Assembly (NCBI GenBank): GCA_046485285.1
Contig: JAWOHE010000082.1
Span: 1-30,206, forward strand
Direction: 5' to 3'
Length of the DNA: 30,206 bases
DNA from: a bacterium
GTDB lineage: Bacteria > Hydrothermota > Tepidihabitantia > Tepidihabitantales > Tepidihabitantaceae
Shown: piece after piece, positions 9,801-18,036 of the stretch
Layout: each line of letters opens with the position of its first letter
Position numbering within the stretch: the first letter of the stretch is position 1
Notes under the pieces: generated by a model
Database searches by the model: none
Told to the model about the DNA's origin: nothing
What the model saw: only the letters and a program-made list of their open reading frames with translations
Program-made: the position numbers and the translations under genes

Positions 9801-12127
9801 GCGGCATCGGCTCGGTCTGCGACGAGCGCGGCGAGTGGGACGAGGCGCTCCGGCACTTCGGCCGCGCCGACGAGGTGCTGGCCGCGTCGGGCCAGGGCGG
9901 AGGGTATGAGAAGGCGGTGGTTCGCGCCAACCGGGCGCGCATCCTGGGCCGGCGGGGCCTCATCGACGAGGCCGAGCAGGAGCTCGCCGGTGCGCTGGAA
10001 CAGGCGGAGCAGCTTGCCGACGCCAACCTCGGGTTCTTCGTCCTGCTCTACCAGGCCGAGCTCGCGCTGCTCGCCGAGCGAAACGACACCGCCCGCCAGC
10101 GGATCATCCGCGCCGGGCGCGAGTTCCGGCGCGAGCGCGACTGGCGCCAGCGTGCCGCCTTCCGCGATGTCGCCAGCCAGTTCCGGCTGGCGCATGGCGA
10201 TTTCGCTCGCGCGCTCGCCGACGCGACCCGGGCGCTCGCCTACCTGAAGGACAAGTCGGCGGCGAAGGAACAGGCCCAGGCACTGCGCAACTCCGGGCTT
10301 GCCCGCTACGCCCTCGACCGGCACGAGCGGGGCGCGGCCGAGATCAAGCGCAGCATCGAACTGCTGAAGGCGTCCGGCTCGACCTACGAGCTCGGCCGGT
10401 CGCTCTACGCGTCGGCGCGGGCGCTGGCCCGGCAGACCCCGGGCGAGCGGACGGTCGACTTCCGCATGCCGGTTTCCTTCCGGCCGGTTCCGCCCCACGT
10501 CCTGACCGAGGCGCTGGCGAACCTGAAGCAGGCCGAGGAGGTATTCCGGCGGCTGGGCGCGCGCATTGACCTCGCGCGCACCGAGGAACTCGCCGAGGCG
10601 CTCACCCAGGTGTCGGCGACGATGCAGCTCAAGGCACGCGAGCGGGGCGAGTACCTCAAGGTCTTCTACCGGCTGAGCGAGCTGATGAGCCTGGGCCTCG
10701 ACAAGGAGGACTTCGCCGAGCGGGTGCTCGACCTCGTCATCGAGGTCACCCGGGCCGAGCGCGGAGTGCTCTTCCTGGCGCACGGCAGCAAGCTGGTGCC
10801 GGCCGCCGCCCGCAGCGTCGACCAGGCGACGGTCGAGGACGCGAAGGACGTGTCCCAGTCGGTACTGCGCAAGGTCAGACGCCGGGGCGAGCTGGTCTTC
10901 TCGGCCGACGCGATGTCCGACCCGAGGTTCTCGGCCGCCAACAGCGTGATGCTGAACCGAATCCGGTCGATGCTCTGCGCGCCGCTCCGCACCGAGAACA
11001 AGGTCATCGGGACGATCTACCTCGACAGCCGGGTGACCGCCCACCTGTTCCTCGAGGAGGACAAGAACCTGCTGATGTCGGTGGCCAACCTGCTCGGCGC
11101 GACGATCGACAGGTCGCAGAGTTTCCAGCGGCTGCAGGAGGAGATGTCGACGCAGCGCGAGGATGTCCCGGTCGATGATGCAACCGGGTTCTTCATTGGC
11201 CGGTCCCGGGCGATGCGCGAAGTCTATCAGGTCGTCGACCAGATCGCCGAGACCGACTGCACCGTCCTGCTCACCGGTGAGACCGGCACGGGCAAGGGCG
11301 TGATCGCCCAATTGATTCACGCCCGGAGCGAGCGCCGAGGCAGGGCCCTCGTGACAATCAACTGCGGGGCGCTGCCCGAGCCGTTGCTCGAGAGCGAGCT
11401 CTTCGGGCACGTCCGGGGCGCGTTCACCGGCGCGGTCCGCGACAAGACCGGGCTTTTCGAGACCGCGGAGGGGGGGACCGCGTTTCTTGACGAGATCACC
11501 AACACGACGCTGAACACCCAGGGCAAGCTGCTCCAGGTGCTCGAGGAGAAGACGATCCGCCGGCTCGGAGACACCGAGACCAAGCGTGTCGACATCCGGC
11601 TCATCTGCGCGACCAACGTCGACCTGCGAAAGGAGGTCGAGGCCGGCAGGTTCCGGCAGGACCTTTTCTACCGGATGAACGTCGTGTCAATCGAGGTTCC
11701 GCCCCTGCGCGACCGGACCGGGGACGTGCCGCAGCTCGCCGGGTTCTTCGTCAAGCGCTGCGCTCGCCAGTTGAACAAACCGGTCATCGGCTTCGAACCG
11801 CCGGTTCTCAGGGCGTTTTCGACCTATCGCTGGCCGGGCAATGTCAGGGAGATGGCCAACGTCATCGAGCGTGCAGCAATAATGACCCAGAAGCGTCGCA
11901 TCACGCTTGAAGACCTCGGTGCCGCCTTTGCCAACCTCAGGGCAGAGCAGGAAGAAGTGGGCACGCGGCGGCGCAGGGGGAGGGCGGTTGATCGCGAGGC
12001 GATCATCAAGGCCCTCCGCGCCCACGATGGCAATGTCACCCGCGCAGCAGATTCCCTGGCAACGCATCGCCGTCAACTTCAAAGACTTATCCAACGGTAC
12101 GCCATAGACCGCTCTGACCTGAGCTAG
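6869..12127 (+). CDS. Multidomain sigma54-dependent activator: Ser/Thr kinase + STAND/AAA_16 ATPase + TPR + GAF + sigma54 AAA+ + Fis-type HTH
   Basis: Kinase: AMK, IHCDLKPEN, DFG, YVAPE, DLYSLG. ATPase: FVGR, GERGVGKS, IVDD, TGGNPLF. Long TPR-like helical region. GAF: AERG...DPRF...SMLCAPL...IGTIYLD. bEBP: GETGTGK, GAFTGA, FLDEI, DLFYRMN, WPGNVRE. HTH: GNVTRAADSL. Confidence 0.92.
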   Translation: MREPPGIVMSASLPEGSLVSDRYEVISLLGGGTATEVYEVRDIIGNRTLAMKMLREDADKEAEVRLSREFYHLSRFSHAGIIQAIDYGTTHEHRPYFVMEFFPGKPLNRHFAKGYAPELESVTVQVLRALDSIHAQGLIHCDLKPENVLVAELDGEPVAKLLDFGFAERLTIGEAIEPRGTLGYVAPEVFKGADADARADLYSLGMILYEVVTGTGPSSEKSIRDWLRRQYFSELPSPRKANPDIPERFEAVLLSLTHKNPDRRPRSAAAVIRALNGSEESPEQAGPRKYLMAPAFVGRGEYLSGLRDALRDGAQSRARVVCVSGERGVGKSRLMSEFKFLAQLEGATIFSFEPGSLGARPQSLVEALLGYLRVYARADLPSDDEAERASATGEGKYRLFETVTQRLKDLAGSHRVSHSLVIIVDDFELFDPTSLEFLRYLGFSLDKDRITILVCGLKERRFLDLIAEFGRTGHSAHISLPTMTGEETAGLAASLLGEVNDSPALAKWLVQATGGNPLFAIETVHALIDGRVLLFRNGRWVLELSSLDAYRPPETVTDVVQRRLDNLTAEELEVLRIGAASGGPFTIEFLRAVVGIDERVLFNAIGRLKALGLLRTFAAEGGAALVLSSKILEAVITGRLSVEERRENHRRVALALELLYPEKQDKLVFDLAHHYAQAGIADRAYACSVRAGRRARDYQLSEQALGFFETALALSAGTAPVRERLELIETVGELREATGKYAEAIDIYTQGMSLVVSDRELPSRKDLLARLLRRLGLVHQRLGQSAEALNFFNQALLMHPDRASVGYIQLLDDLGWSYCAAQEFNRAEDLLTQALHLADRLKPTDAEAYNRMSARTLYYFGVMSWTRQDHVLALQLAERSLGIYESIRDDHNVGKVSQFIATLWWRRGELDKAKDYYLKYLPAQRKGAEVSLLLRTLQGLGLISQDEGEWDRAYDYLDEALRIAQRIGDAPATIDLESGIGSVCDERGEWDEALRHFGRADEVLAASGQGGGYEKAVVRANRARILGRRGLIDEAEQELAGALEQAEQLADANLGFFVLLYQAELALLAERNDTARQRIIRAGREFRRERDWRQRAAFRDVASQFRLAHGDFARALADATRALAYLKDKSAAKEQAQALRNSGLARYALDRHERGAAEIKRSIELLKASGSTYELGRSLYASARALARQTPGERTVDFRMPVSFRPVPPHVLTEALANLKQAEEVFRRLGARIDLARTEELAEALTQVSATMQLKARERGEYLKVFYRLSELMSLGLDKEDFAERVLDLVIEVTRAERGVLFLAHGSKLVPAAARSVDQATVEDAKDVSQSVLRKVRRRGELVFSADAMSDPRFSAANSVMLNRIRSMLCAPLRTENKVIGTIYLDSRVTAHLFLEEDKNLLMSVANLLGATIDRSQSFQRLQEEMSTQREDVPVDDATGFFIGRSRAMREVYQVVDQIAETDCTVLLTGETGTGKGVIAQLIHARSERRGRALVTINCGALPEPLLESELFGHVRGAFTGAVRDKTGLFETAEGGTAFLDEITNTTLNTQGKLLQVLEEKTIRRLGDTETKRVDIRLICATNVDLRKEVEAGRFRQDLFYRMNVVSIEVPPLRDRTGDVPQLAGFFVKRCARQLNKPVIGFEPPVLRAFSTYRWPGNVREMANVIERAAIMTQKRRITLEDLGAAFANLRAEQEEVGTRRRRGRAVDREAIIKALRAHDGNVTRAADSLATHRRQLQRLIQRYAIDRSDLS

Positions 12128-12141
12128 TGCGTCAGCTTGGC

Positions 12142-12249
12142 GCGACACTCAGGTAGCTGAACTGACAAGAAATGAGTAACTTAGCACAACTAGTGCCTAG
12201 TGTCGCAGTAAGGCACGCCATATCGTCAGAAGTGTCGCACCATGCGACA
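12142..12249. promoter_or_regulatory. Putative upstream activator sequences (enhancer) for the sigma54 promoter
   Basis: GCGACA at 12142, TGTCGCA at 12201 and a perfect inverted repeat TGTCGCA-cca-TGCGACA at 12233-12249, followed by an AT-rich tract. Confidence 0.65.
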
Positions 12250-12295
12250 TTGAGATATGTGTTTGATAAAATGCGAGTTATGTTTTTCAGGCGAA

Positions 12296-12311
12296 TGGCA
12301 TTGCCTGTGCA
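12296..12311 (+). promoter_or_regulatory. Sigma54 (-24/-12) promoter
   Basis: TGGCATTGCCTGTGCA: GG(12297-98)-N10-GC(12309-10). It lies directly downstream of a bEBP gene and about 60 nt before a start with a strong RBS. Confidence 0.75.
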
Positions 12312-12370
12312 TATATACTAGAGGCGTTTGAAGTGCGCTCGTGGCTCTGGTGCCACAGGAGGAGTCCCTT

Positions 12371-12574
12371 ATGAGAAGAACTGCGATGGCCTTGCTCTTC
12401 GTGCTGTTCGCCGCCGTGTCGTTTGCCCAGGAGGATGGCGGTATACCGTTGCCGCCGCGGCCGCTGCCGATACCGGACCCGAGCGGGGTGGTGCTCCTGG
12501 CGGACGGTACGGCTGACCCTGACGGCATACCGTTGCCGCCGCGGCCGCTACCGATACCGGACCCGAGGGGCTAG
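12371..12574 (+). CDS. 67-aa secreted peptide precursor with two identical Pro-rich cores
   Basis: RBS AGGAGGAG. MRRTAMALLFVLFAAVSFA-QEDG is a Sec-type signal peptide. GIPLPPRPLPIPDP occurs twice (12440-12481, 12524-12565). Confidence 0.8.
   Translation: MRRTAMALLFVLFAAVSFAQEDGGIPLPPRPLPIPDPSGVVLLADGTADPDGIPLPPRPLPIPDPRG
12440..12565 (+). repeat. Two 42-nt direct repeats with an 84-nt period
   Basis: The copies differ only at two synonymous third positions (GGT/GGC, CTG/CTA). Confidence 0.9.
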
Positions 12575-12678
12575 CAGCCTTCGGGGACGGCAGCGGATAG
12601 CGCCTTCGTGCATTGCCCGGCCGGCAGGGTCGGCGTGGTGTTTCTCTCGGCCGCAGCAGAGCCGCGCCCGGGCATTCG

Positions 12679-12706
12679 TTGACTGTCCCGAACCCACTCG
12701 TATAAT
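12679..12706 (+). promoter_or_regulatory. Sigma70-type promoter for smpB, probably leaderless
   Basis: TTGACT-N16-TATAAT, 7 nt before GTG 12714. Confidence 0.7.
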
Positions 12707-12713
12707 CGAGGGC

Positions 12714-13169
12714 GTGACTGCCGTCGCGACCAACCGCAAGGCCTTCCGGGACTACGAGGTTATCGAGAAGCTCGAGGCGGGCATAGAGCTGGCCGGCACC
12801 GAGGTCAAGTCCCTACGCGGCGGCAACGTCTCGCTTGACGAGGGCTTCGCCCGGGTCGAAGACGATCAGGTCTGGCTCTACGGAGTCCACATCGCGCCCT
12901 ACGCCCAGGGCAATATCTTCAACCGCGACCCGCGCCGCCGGCGCAAGCTGTTGCTGCACAAGCTGGAGATTCGCCGGCTGTTCGGCCGGGCGACCATCCG
13001 CGGGCTCACGCTCGTGCCGCTCCGGCTCTACTTCAACAAGCGCGGGTATGCCAAGGTCGAACTGGCGCTGTGCCGGGGCAAGAAGCTCCACGACCGGCGC
13101 GAGGATCTCCGCAAGCGCGCGCTCGAGCGCGACGAGCGGCTCGAGACGTCGCGCAGGCAGGCGAGGTGA
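12714..13169 (+). CDS. smpB: SsrA-binding protein SmpB
   Basis: ATNRKAFRDY, EAGIELAGTEVKSLR, RKLLLHKLEI, LTLVPLRLYF, GKKLHDRR. Confidence 0.97.
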   Translation: MTAVATNRKAFRDYEVIEKLEAGIELAGTEVKSLRGGNVSLDEGFARVEDDQVWLYGVHIAPYAQGNIFNRDPRRRRKLLLHKLEIRRLFGRATIRGLTLVPLRLYFNKRGYAKVELALCRGKKLHDRREDLRKRALERDERLETSRRQAR

Positions 13170-14587
13170 AGGAAAGTCGTCGAGCCCGGGTACTCGCGCT
13201 GTTGCTCGGGTTCGCGGCGCTCGCCACCGCGCAGGCGCCGATCGAGTTCGCGGGCGCAAGACTCGAGGTTCGCAACGCCGCCGGGGTCGACTACGTGCGG
13301 TTCTCGGGCGTGTTCTCCGCGCTGGGCGGGCGCTGGTGGCAGGTCGACGGGCGCTTCGTGGCCGTGCTTCCCGGCGACGACACCGCGAGCGCGGACACCA
13401 GCCGGCGGCGGTCCGAGAGCGAGTATGTCTTCCGTGCCGACACCTCTTTCGTCCGGCGCGGCGACGGGCTGGTCCAGTTGCCGTTCGCGCCGGTCCTCGA
13501 CGAGGATGACCTCTGGCTGCCGGTGCTGGCACTGGCCGACCTGTTCCCGCAGAGGGTGGACGAAGTCCCGGTGCTTCGCCTGCTCGATGTCAGCGAGCGG
13601 GGCGATACCCTGGTTCTCAAGCTGGGCGGGGAGTTCGACCGGCGAGTATCCTGGCACGGTTCGGTCCGGTCGAGCCTCGAGTACCGGCTCGTGCTCGCCG
13701 CGCACTGCGATTCGGTCAGCCTCGGTCAGCTCCGGCTGGTGCCGGTGCTGGCCGCAAACGGGATCGTCCAGGACGTCCGGGTCGAGCCCGGCAACGCCTC
13801 GTCCCTGCACCTGATGTTCCGCTGGCCGGCGGCAATCCGGGCCAGCGAGGAACTCGACGGGCTGGCAGTCCGGGTCTGGCCCAGGCCGGAGCGCCGGCTC
13901 CAGCGGTTGATCCTGGACGCCGGTCACGGCGGCAAGGACCCGGGCGCAGTCGGGCGGGGCGGTACGCTCGAGAAAGAGGTCGTTCTCGACCTGACGCTCC
14001 GGCTCAAGAGCCGGCTCGAGGCCCAGGGCTTCGAGGTCCTGCTGACCCGAAGCCGGGACGAACACGTGCCGCTCGTGCGGCGGGCGCAGTTCGCCCGCGA
14101 GCAGAGGGCCGACCTGTTCATCTCGGTTCACGCCAACGCGTCCGAGAACCGCCAGGCCTGCGGGTTCGAAACCTACTTCCTCTCCGAGGCCAAGACCGAC
14201 TGGGAGCGGGCGGTGGCGGCACGCGAGAACGCGGTCATCGAGTATGAGCGCGAGGATTCGGCATCGATGGGCGACGAGCTCGAGCTGATCCTCGCCGACC
14301 TCGCCCAGAACGAGCACCTGACCGAGTCGAGCGAGCTGGCGGCGGCGATCCAGGAGGTGACGGTACCGCACGCGCGGGTGTTCGACCGCGGAGTGCGACA
14401 GGCGAACTTCTACGTCCTGCGCCAGAACTACATGCCCGCGGTGCTGGTCGAGTGCGGGTTCATCTCCAATGCGAGCGAGGAAAAGCTCCTGCGCAACCCA
14501 CAGCATCGGGACAAGCTGGCCGAAGGCATCTGCCGGGGGATCGTTGAGTTCGTGCGCCGGTACGAGCGGCGGGCGAATGGCAGCTGA
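13166..14587 (+). CDS. N-acetylmuramoyl-L-alanine amidase (Amidase_3, AmiC-like)
   Basis: Signal peptide; LDAGHGGKDPGA, EKEVVL, FISVHANA, FYVLR and PAVLVECGFISN motifs. GTGA overlap with smpB. Confidence 0.92.
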   Translation: MKESRRARVLALLLGFAALATAQAPIEFAGARLEVRNAAGVDYVRFSGVFSALGGRWWQVDGRFVAVLPGDDTASADTSRRRSESEYVFRADTSFVRRGDGLVQLPFAPVLDEDDLWLPVLALADLFPQRVDEVPVLRLLDVSERGDTLVLKLGGEFDRRVSWHGSVRSSLEYRLVLAAHCDSVSLGQLRLVPVLAANGIVQDVRVEPGNASSLHLMFRWPAAIRASEELDGLAVRVWPRPERRLQRLILDAGHGGKDPGAVGRGGTLEKEVVLDLTLRLKSRLEAQGFEVLLTRSRDEHVPLVRRAQFAREQRADLFISVHANASENRQACGFETYFLSEAKTDWERAVAARENAVIEYEREDSASMGDELELILADLAQNEHLTESSELAAAIQEVTVPHARVFDRGVRQANFYVLRQNYMPAVLVECGFISNASEEKLLRNPQHRDKLAEGICRGIVEFVRRYERRANGS

Positions 14588-15386
14588 CGCTTCAGCGCCG
14601 GTCGGGGTCTTCGACTCCGGTATCGGCGGGCTGACGGTGGTCCGGGCGCTCCGGTCGCGCCTGCCCGGCGAGAGCATCGTCTACTTCGGCGACACCGCGC
14701 GGGTCCCCTATGGTACCAAGTCGGCCGAGACGATCACCCGGTTCGCGCTCGAGGACGCCGGTTTCCTGCTCGACCGGGGCGTCAAGCTGGTTGTCGCCGC
14801 CTGCCACTCGGCGGCCTCGGTCGCCCTTGCCGAGCTCGGCCGGCGACTGCCGGTGCCGGTCGTCGGGGTCATTGAGCCCGGCGCGCGGGCGGTCGTGCGG
14901 GCGACCCGGCGCGACCGGGTCGCGGTCATCGGCACGCGGGCGACGGTGGCGGCGGGCGCCTACGAGCGCGCGATCCGGGCGCTGCGGCCGGGCATCGAGG
15001 TGCTGGCCAAGCCGACGTCGTTGTTCGTGCCGCTGGCCGAGGAAGGCTGGCTGGATGACGACATCGCGACCCGGGTCGCGGAGCGCTACCTGGCCGACCT
15101 CCGGGCCGAGGGTATTGACGCGCTCCTGTTAGGTTGTACCCACTTCCCACTGCTGGGCGGGGTCATCGCGGCGGCGGTCGGTCCCGGCGTCAGCGTCGTC
15201 GATTCCTCGGACGAGACCGCGGCCGAGGCGGCGGCGGTGCTGGAGCGGCAGGGACTCCTGGCCCAGGGCGCGGCGGGCGGACTGCGCTGTTACCTGTCCG
15301 ACCTCGCGCCGAATTTCGAGTCGGTCGCGGCCCGATTCCTCGGCGCGCCGCCGGGCGAGGTGGTCCGGGCGGCGGTAGGCGGATGA
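14577..15386 (+). CDS. murI: Glutamate racemase
   Basis: GVFDSGIGGLTV, GDTARVPYGTKS, AACHSA, LGCTHFP. Confidence 0.95.
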   Translation: MAADASAPVGVFDSGIGGLTVVRALRSRLPGESIVYFGDTARVPYGTKSAETITRFALEDAGFLLDRGVKLVVAACHSAASVALAELGRRLPVPVVGVIEPGARAVVRATRRDRVAVIGTRATVAAGAYERAIRALRPGIEVLAKPTSLFVPLAEEGWLDDDIATRVAERYLADLRAEGIDALLLGCTHFPLLGGVIAAAVGPGVSVVDSSDETAAEAAAVLERQGLLAQGAAGGLRCYLSDLAPNFESVAARFLGAPPGEVVRAAVGG

Positions 15387-16114
15387 CGGCGCGCCGCGAC
15401 GGACGGCGGGCCGACGAGATGCGTCCGGTCCGGTTTGAGCCGGGCTGGCTCGAGCACGCCGAGGGTTCCTGCCTCGCGACCTGCGGCCGGACCCGGGTGC
15501 TGTGTGCGGCGTCGGTCGAGACCCGGGTGCCGCCGTTCCTGGCCGGCTCGGGCCGGGGCTGGGTCACCGCCGAGTACGCGATGTTGCCGCGCTCGACCCA
15601 CACCCGGACCCCGCGCGAGACCGATCGGCCGCGGGCGCGGAGCCAGGAAATCAAGCGGTTCATCGGCCGGGCGCTCCGGGCGGTCTGCGACCTCGGCGCG
15701 CTCGGCGAGCGCCAGGTCATAGTCGACTGCGACGTCATCGAGGCCGACGGCGGAACGCGGACGCTGGCGCTATCGGGCGGGATGGTCGCGCTCCGGCTGG
15801 CGCTGGACCGGCTCGCGGCCCGGGGCGACATCGCTCGCGACCCGGTCATCGAATACGTCGCGGCGACCAGCGCGGGGCGGGTTGACGGCGAGCTCCGGCT
15901 CGACCTCGCCTACGAGGAGGACTCGCGGGCCGAGATGGACATGAACCTCGCGCGGACCGAGAGCGGACGGATCATCGAGTTCCAGGCGACTGCCGAGGGC
16001 CTGCCCTTCACTTTCGACGAGCTCGCCCGCCTCCACGAGCTTGCCGCCGGCGCCATCGCCGGGCTCATTCGGCTCCAGCGGGCCGCGGTCGAGTCGGCGC
16101 GGGCCGGGCGATGA
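15383..16114 (+). CDS. rph: Ribonuclease PH
   Basis: RRDGRRADEMRP, GWVTAEYAMLPRST, EIKRFIGRALR, DCDVIEADGGTRT, LDLAYEEDS. ATGA overlap with murI. Confidence 0.95.
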   Translation: MTARRDGRRADEMRPVRFEPGWLEHAEGSCLATCGRTRVLCAASVETRVPPFLAGSGRGWVTAEYAMLPRSTHTRTPRETDRPRARSQEIKRFIGRALRAVCDLGALGERQVIVDCDVIEADGGTRTLALSGGMVALRLALDRLAARGDIARDPVIEYVAATSAGRVDGELRLDLAYEEDSRAEMDMNLARTESGRIIEFQATAEGLPFTFDELARLHELAAGAIAGLIRLQRAAVESARAGR

Positions 16115-17136
16115 CCGGGGCCGGAGATCGGGGGCCGGCCGCGGTCAAGCGCTCGTTCGAGCGGGTGGCCTCGGACCGGCTCTGGGGGAAGCGGCTTGAC
16201 CAGTACCTCGTGCTGTCCGGCCTCGGCGTTTCGCGCTCAAGGGCGGCGAAGCTGATCGAGACCGGCGCGGTGCTTGTCAACGGCGAGAAGGCCAAGCCGG
16301 CATACCGGATCAAGCCCGGCGACACCGTCAGCGCCCGATTTGATGTCGAACCGGAGCTGACGATCGAGCCCCAGGAGATGCCGCTCGCGATCGTCCACGA
16401 GGACGACGACGTCGTGGTCATTGACAAGCCGGCGGGGTTGGTCGTGCACCCGGCCCGGGGCAATCGCAGCGGGACGCTCGTCAACGGCCTGCTCTATCAC
16501 TGCAGGCACCTGCCGCTTCGGCCCGACTCGGCGGTTCGGCCCGGTGTCGTCCACCGGCTCGACAAGGAGACGACCGGGCTGCTGATGTTCGCGAAGACCG
16601 ATGCCGCGCTCGCCGGTCTCGGCCGCCAGATCGAGCAGCGGACGGTCGTGCGCGAGTACGCTGCGTTCGCCTGGGGCGACTTCGAGCTCGAGACGGGAAC
16701 CGTCGACGCCCCGATCGGTCGCCACGTCATCGACCGGACCCGGATGGCGGTGACGCCGTTCTCGGCCAAGACCGCGGTGACCCACTACCAGGTGTTCCGG
16801 CGCTACAATGTCTGCACCTACCTCCGGCTCCGACTCAAGACCGGCCGGACCCACCAGATCCGGGTACACATGCAGCACCTCGGCCACCCGATCGTCGGTG
16901 ACCCGGAGTATGGCGGCCGCAGCCCGGGGGTCGTGCAGTTCCGGCACCACCTGCCGCTCTACCGCGACATCCTCGCCATCATCAAGCGCCAGGCCCTGCA
17001 CGCCGCCCGGCTCGGGTTCAGCCACCCGCGCACCGGCCGCTACCTCGAGTTTGCTTCGCCGCTGCCCGCGGACATGAACGAGTTGCTGCTCTACCTCGAG
17101 GCCCACGAGCGCGGCACGACCGGGACCGGCGCCTAG
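16111..17136 (+). CDS. rluD: RluA-family pseudouridine synthase with S4 domain (RluD-like)
   Basis: RLDQYL S4 domain; KPAGLVVHP, HRLDKETTG, TGRTHQIRVH, GDPEYG and QALHA motifs. Confidence 0.9.
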   Translation: MTGAGDRGPAAVKRSFERVASDRLWGKRLDQYLVLSGLGVSRSRAAKLIETGAVLVNGEKAKPAYRIKPGDTVSARFDVEPELTIEPQEMPLAIVHEDDDVVVIDKPAGLVVHPARGNRSGTLVNGLLYHCRHLPLRPDSAVRPGVVHRLDKETTGLLMFAKTDAALAGLGRQIEQRTVVREYAAFAWGDFELETGTVDAPIGRHVIDRTRMAVTPFSAKTAVTHYQVFRRYNVCTYLRLRLKTGRTHQIRVHMQHLGHPIVGDPEYGGRSPGVVQFRHHLPLYRDILAIIKRQALHAARLGFSHPRTGRYLEFASPLPADMNELLLYLEAHERGTTGTGA

Positions 17137-17197
17137 CCCCGGATGCCGGTCTCACCCGGTCTTGACTTCGGCGCGGTTTCGGTGTATATCTCAAACG

Positions 17198-17977
17198 ATG
17201 AAAAGGGCGCGAGTATTGGTCATGGCTGCGGTGCTCTTCGCGGCCTGCCCGCCCGCCGTACCGACAACGCAGCCGCCGGTGGCCCGGCCGCCAGCCTGGC
17301 GTGACGGCGAACTCTCCATCTACCACGTTCTCCGCAACGACTCCGTGCTGTTCGAGACCAGGGTCCTGCTCCAGCTCGACGAGGAACTCGTTGACGCCCG
17401 GCCGGTGCCGACCGCGGTCGTGACCACGACCGTCGAGCCGATCCAGTCGCCGACCTTCTTCTATGACTCGAGCACGGTTGTGCTTCGACGCGACAGCCTG
17501 ATTCCACTGCGCTCCTTCCGCAACCTCGAGACCGATCTCGCCATCTTCGATATCCAGACGACCTACGAGCCGGGACAGGCGGTCATCCGGCGCCAGACCC
17601 TCGACGGCACCGACGACGTCACGTGCCAGACCGCGGGCTGGACGCTCGATCAGGACATGGTGCGAACCGCCTTCCGGGCAGTACCGCCCGACCCGGGGAC
17701 CGAGCTCAGGCTGACCGTCGTCGTCCCGGTCGAACTCCGGGCCCGCGACGCCGCGGTGCTCATCCTCGGCACGCGGCTGGTCGTCACACCGGTCGACAGC
17801 ATCGTCTGCCGGGAGTACGAGTACGACACCGGGACGCGGAAGATCAGGCTCTGGTATGAGGTCGGCGAGCCCCGGCGACTGGTCGGCCTTTCCGACCCGG
17901 TCAACGGCATCGTGGTGAAACTCGTCCGCTACGTCCCCGGCCGGGTCGACACGGCCGCCGTCATTCCTCCGCGCTAG
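17198..17977 (+). CDS. Putative lipoprotein, beta-rich (DUF3108-like)
   Basis: MKRARVLVMAAVLFAA-C lipobox. The ORF-track TTG start at 17162 coincides with a TTGACT -35 box. The family assignment is tentative. Confidence 0.65.
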   Translation: MKRARVLVMAAVLFAACPPAVPTTQPPVARPPAWRDGELSIYHVLRNDSVLFETRVLLQLDEELVDARPVPTAVVTTTVEPIQSPTFFYDSSTVVLRRDSLIPLRSFRNLETDLAIFDIQTTYEPGQAVIRRQTLDGTDDVTCQTAGWTLDQDMVRTAFRAVPPDPGTELRLTVVVPVELRARDAAVLILGTRLVVTPVDSIVCREYEYDTGTRKIRLWYEVGEPRRLVGLSDPVNGIVVKLVRYVPGRVDTAAVIPPR

Positions 17978-17992
17978 CCGGCGGCAAAGGAA

Positions 17993-18016
17993 CCGGGGGC
18001 GCGGAAGCGCCCCCGG
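17993..18016. terminator. Hairpin between convergent genes
   Basis: CCGGGGGCGC-ggaa-GCGCCCCCGG, a perfect 10-bp stem. Confidence 0.7.
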
Positions 18017-18036
18017 CGTTGACTTCCCGGGCCCGC

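Noticed and set aside
8303-11410. 1035-aa minus-strand ORF
   Set aside because: Antisense shadow of the motif-rich regulator. Long open antisense frames are expected at high GC, and it has no recognisable motifs.
12440-12565. DGR template/variable repeat pair
   Set aside because: Only two differences, both synonymous and not adenine-specific, and there is no reverse transcriptase in the window.
12423-12713. Apparent N-terminal extension of SmpB
   Set aside because: It overlaps the peptide gene out of frame. A clear promoter and GTG at 12714 define a normal-length SmpB.
12575-12713. tmRNA or another RNA gene beside smpB
   Set aside because: The gap is too short and no tRNA-like ends are visible. 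No tRNA or rRNA was recognised anywhere in the window.
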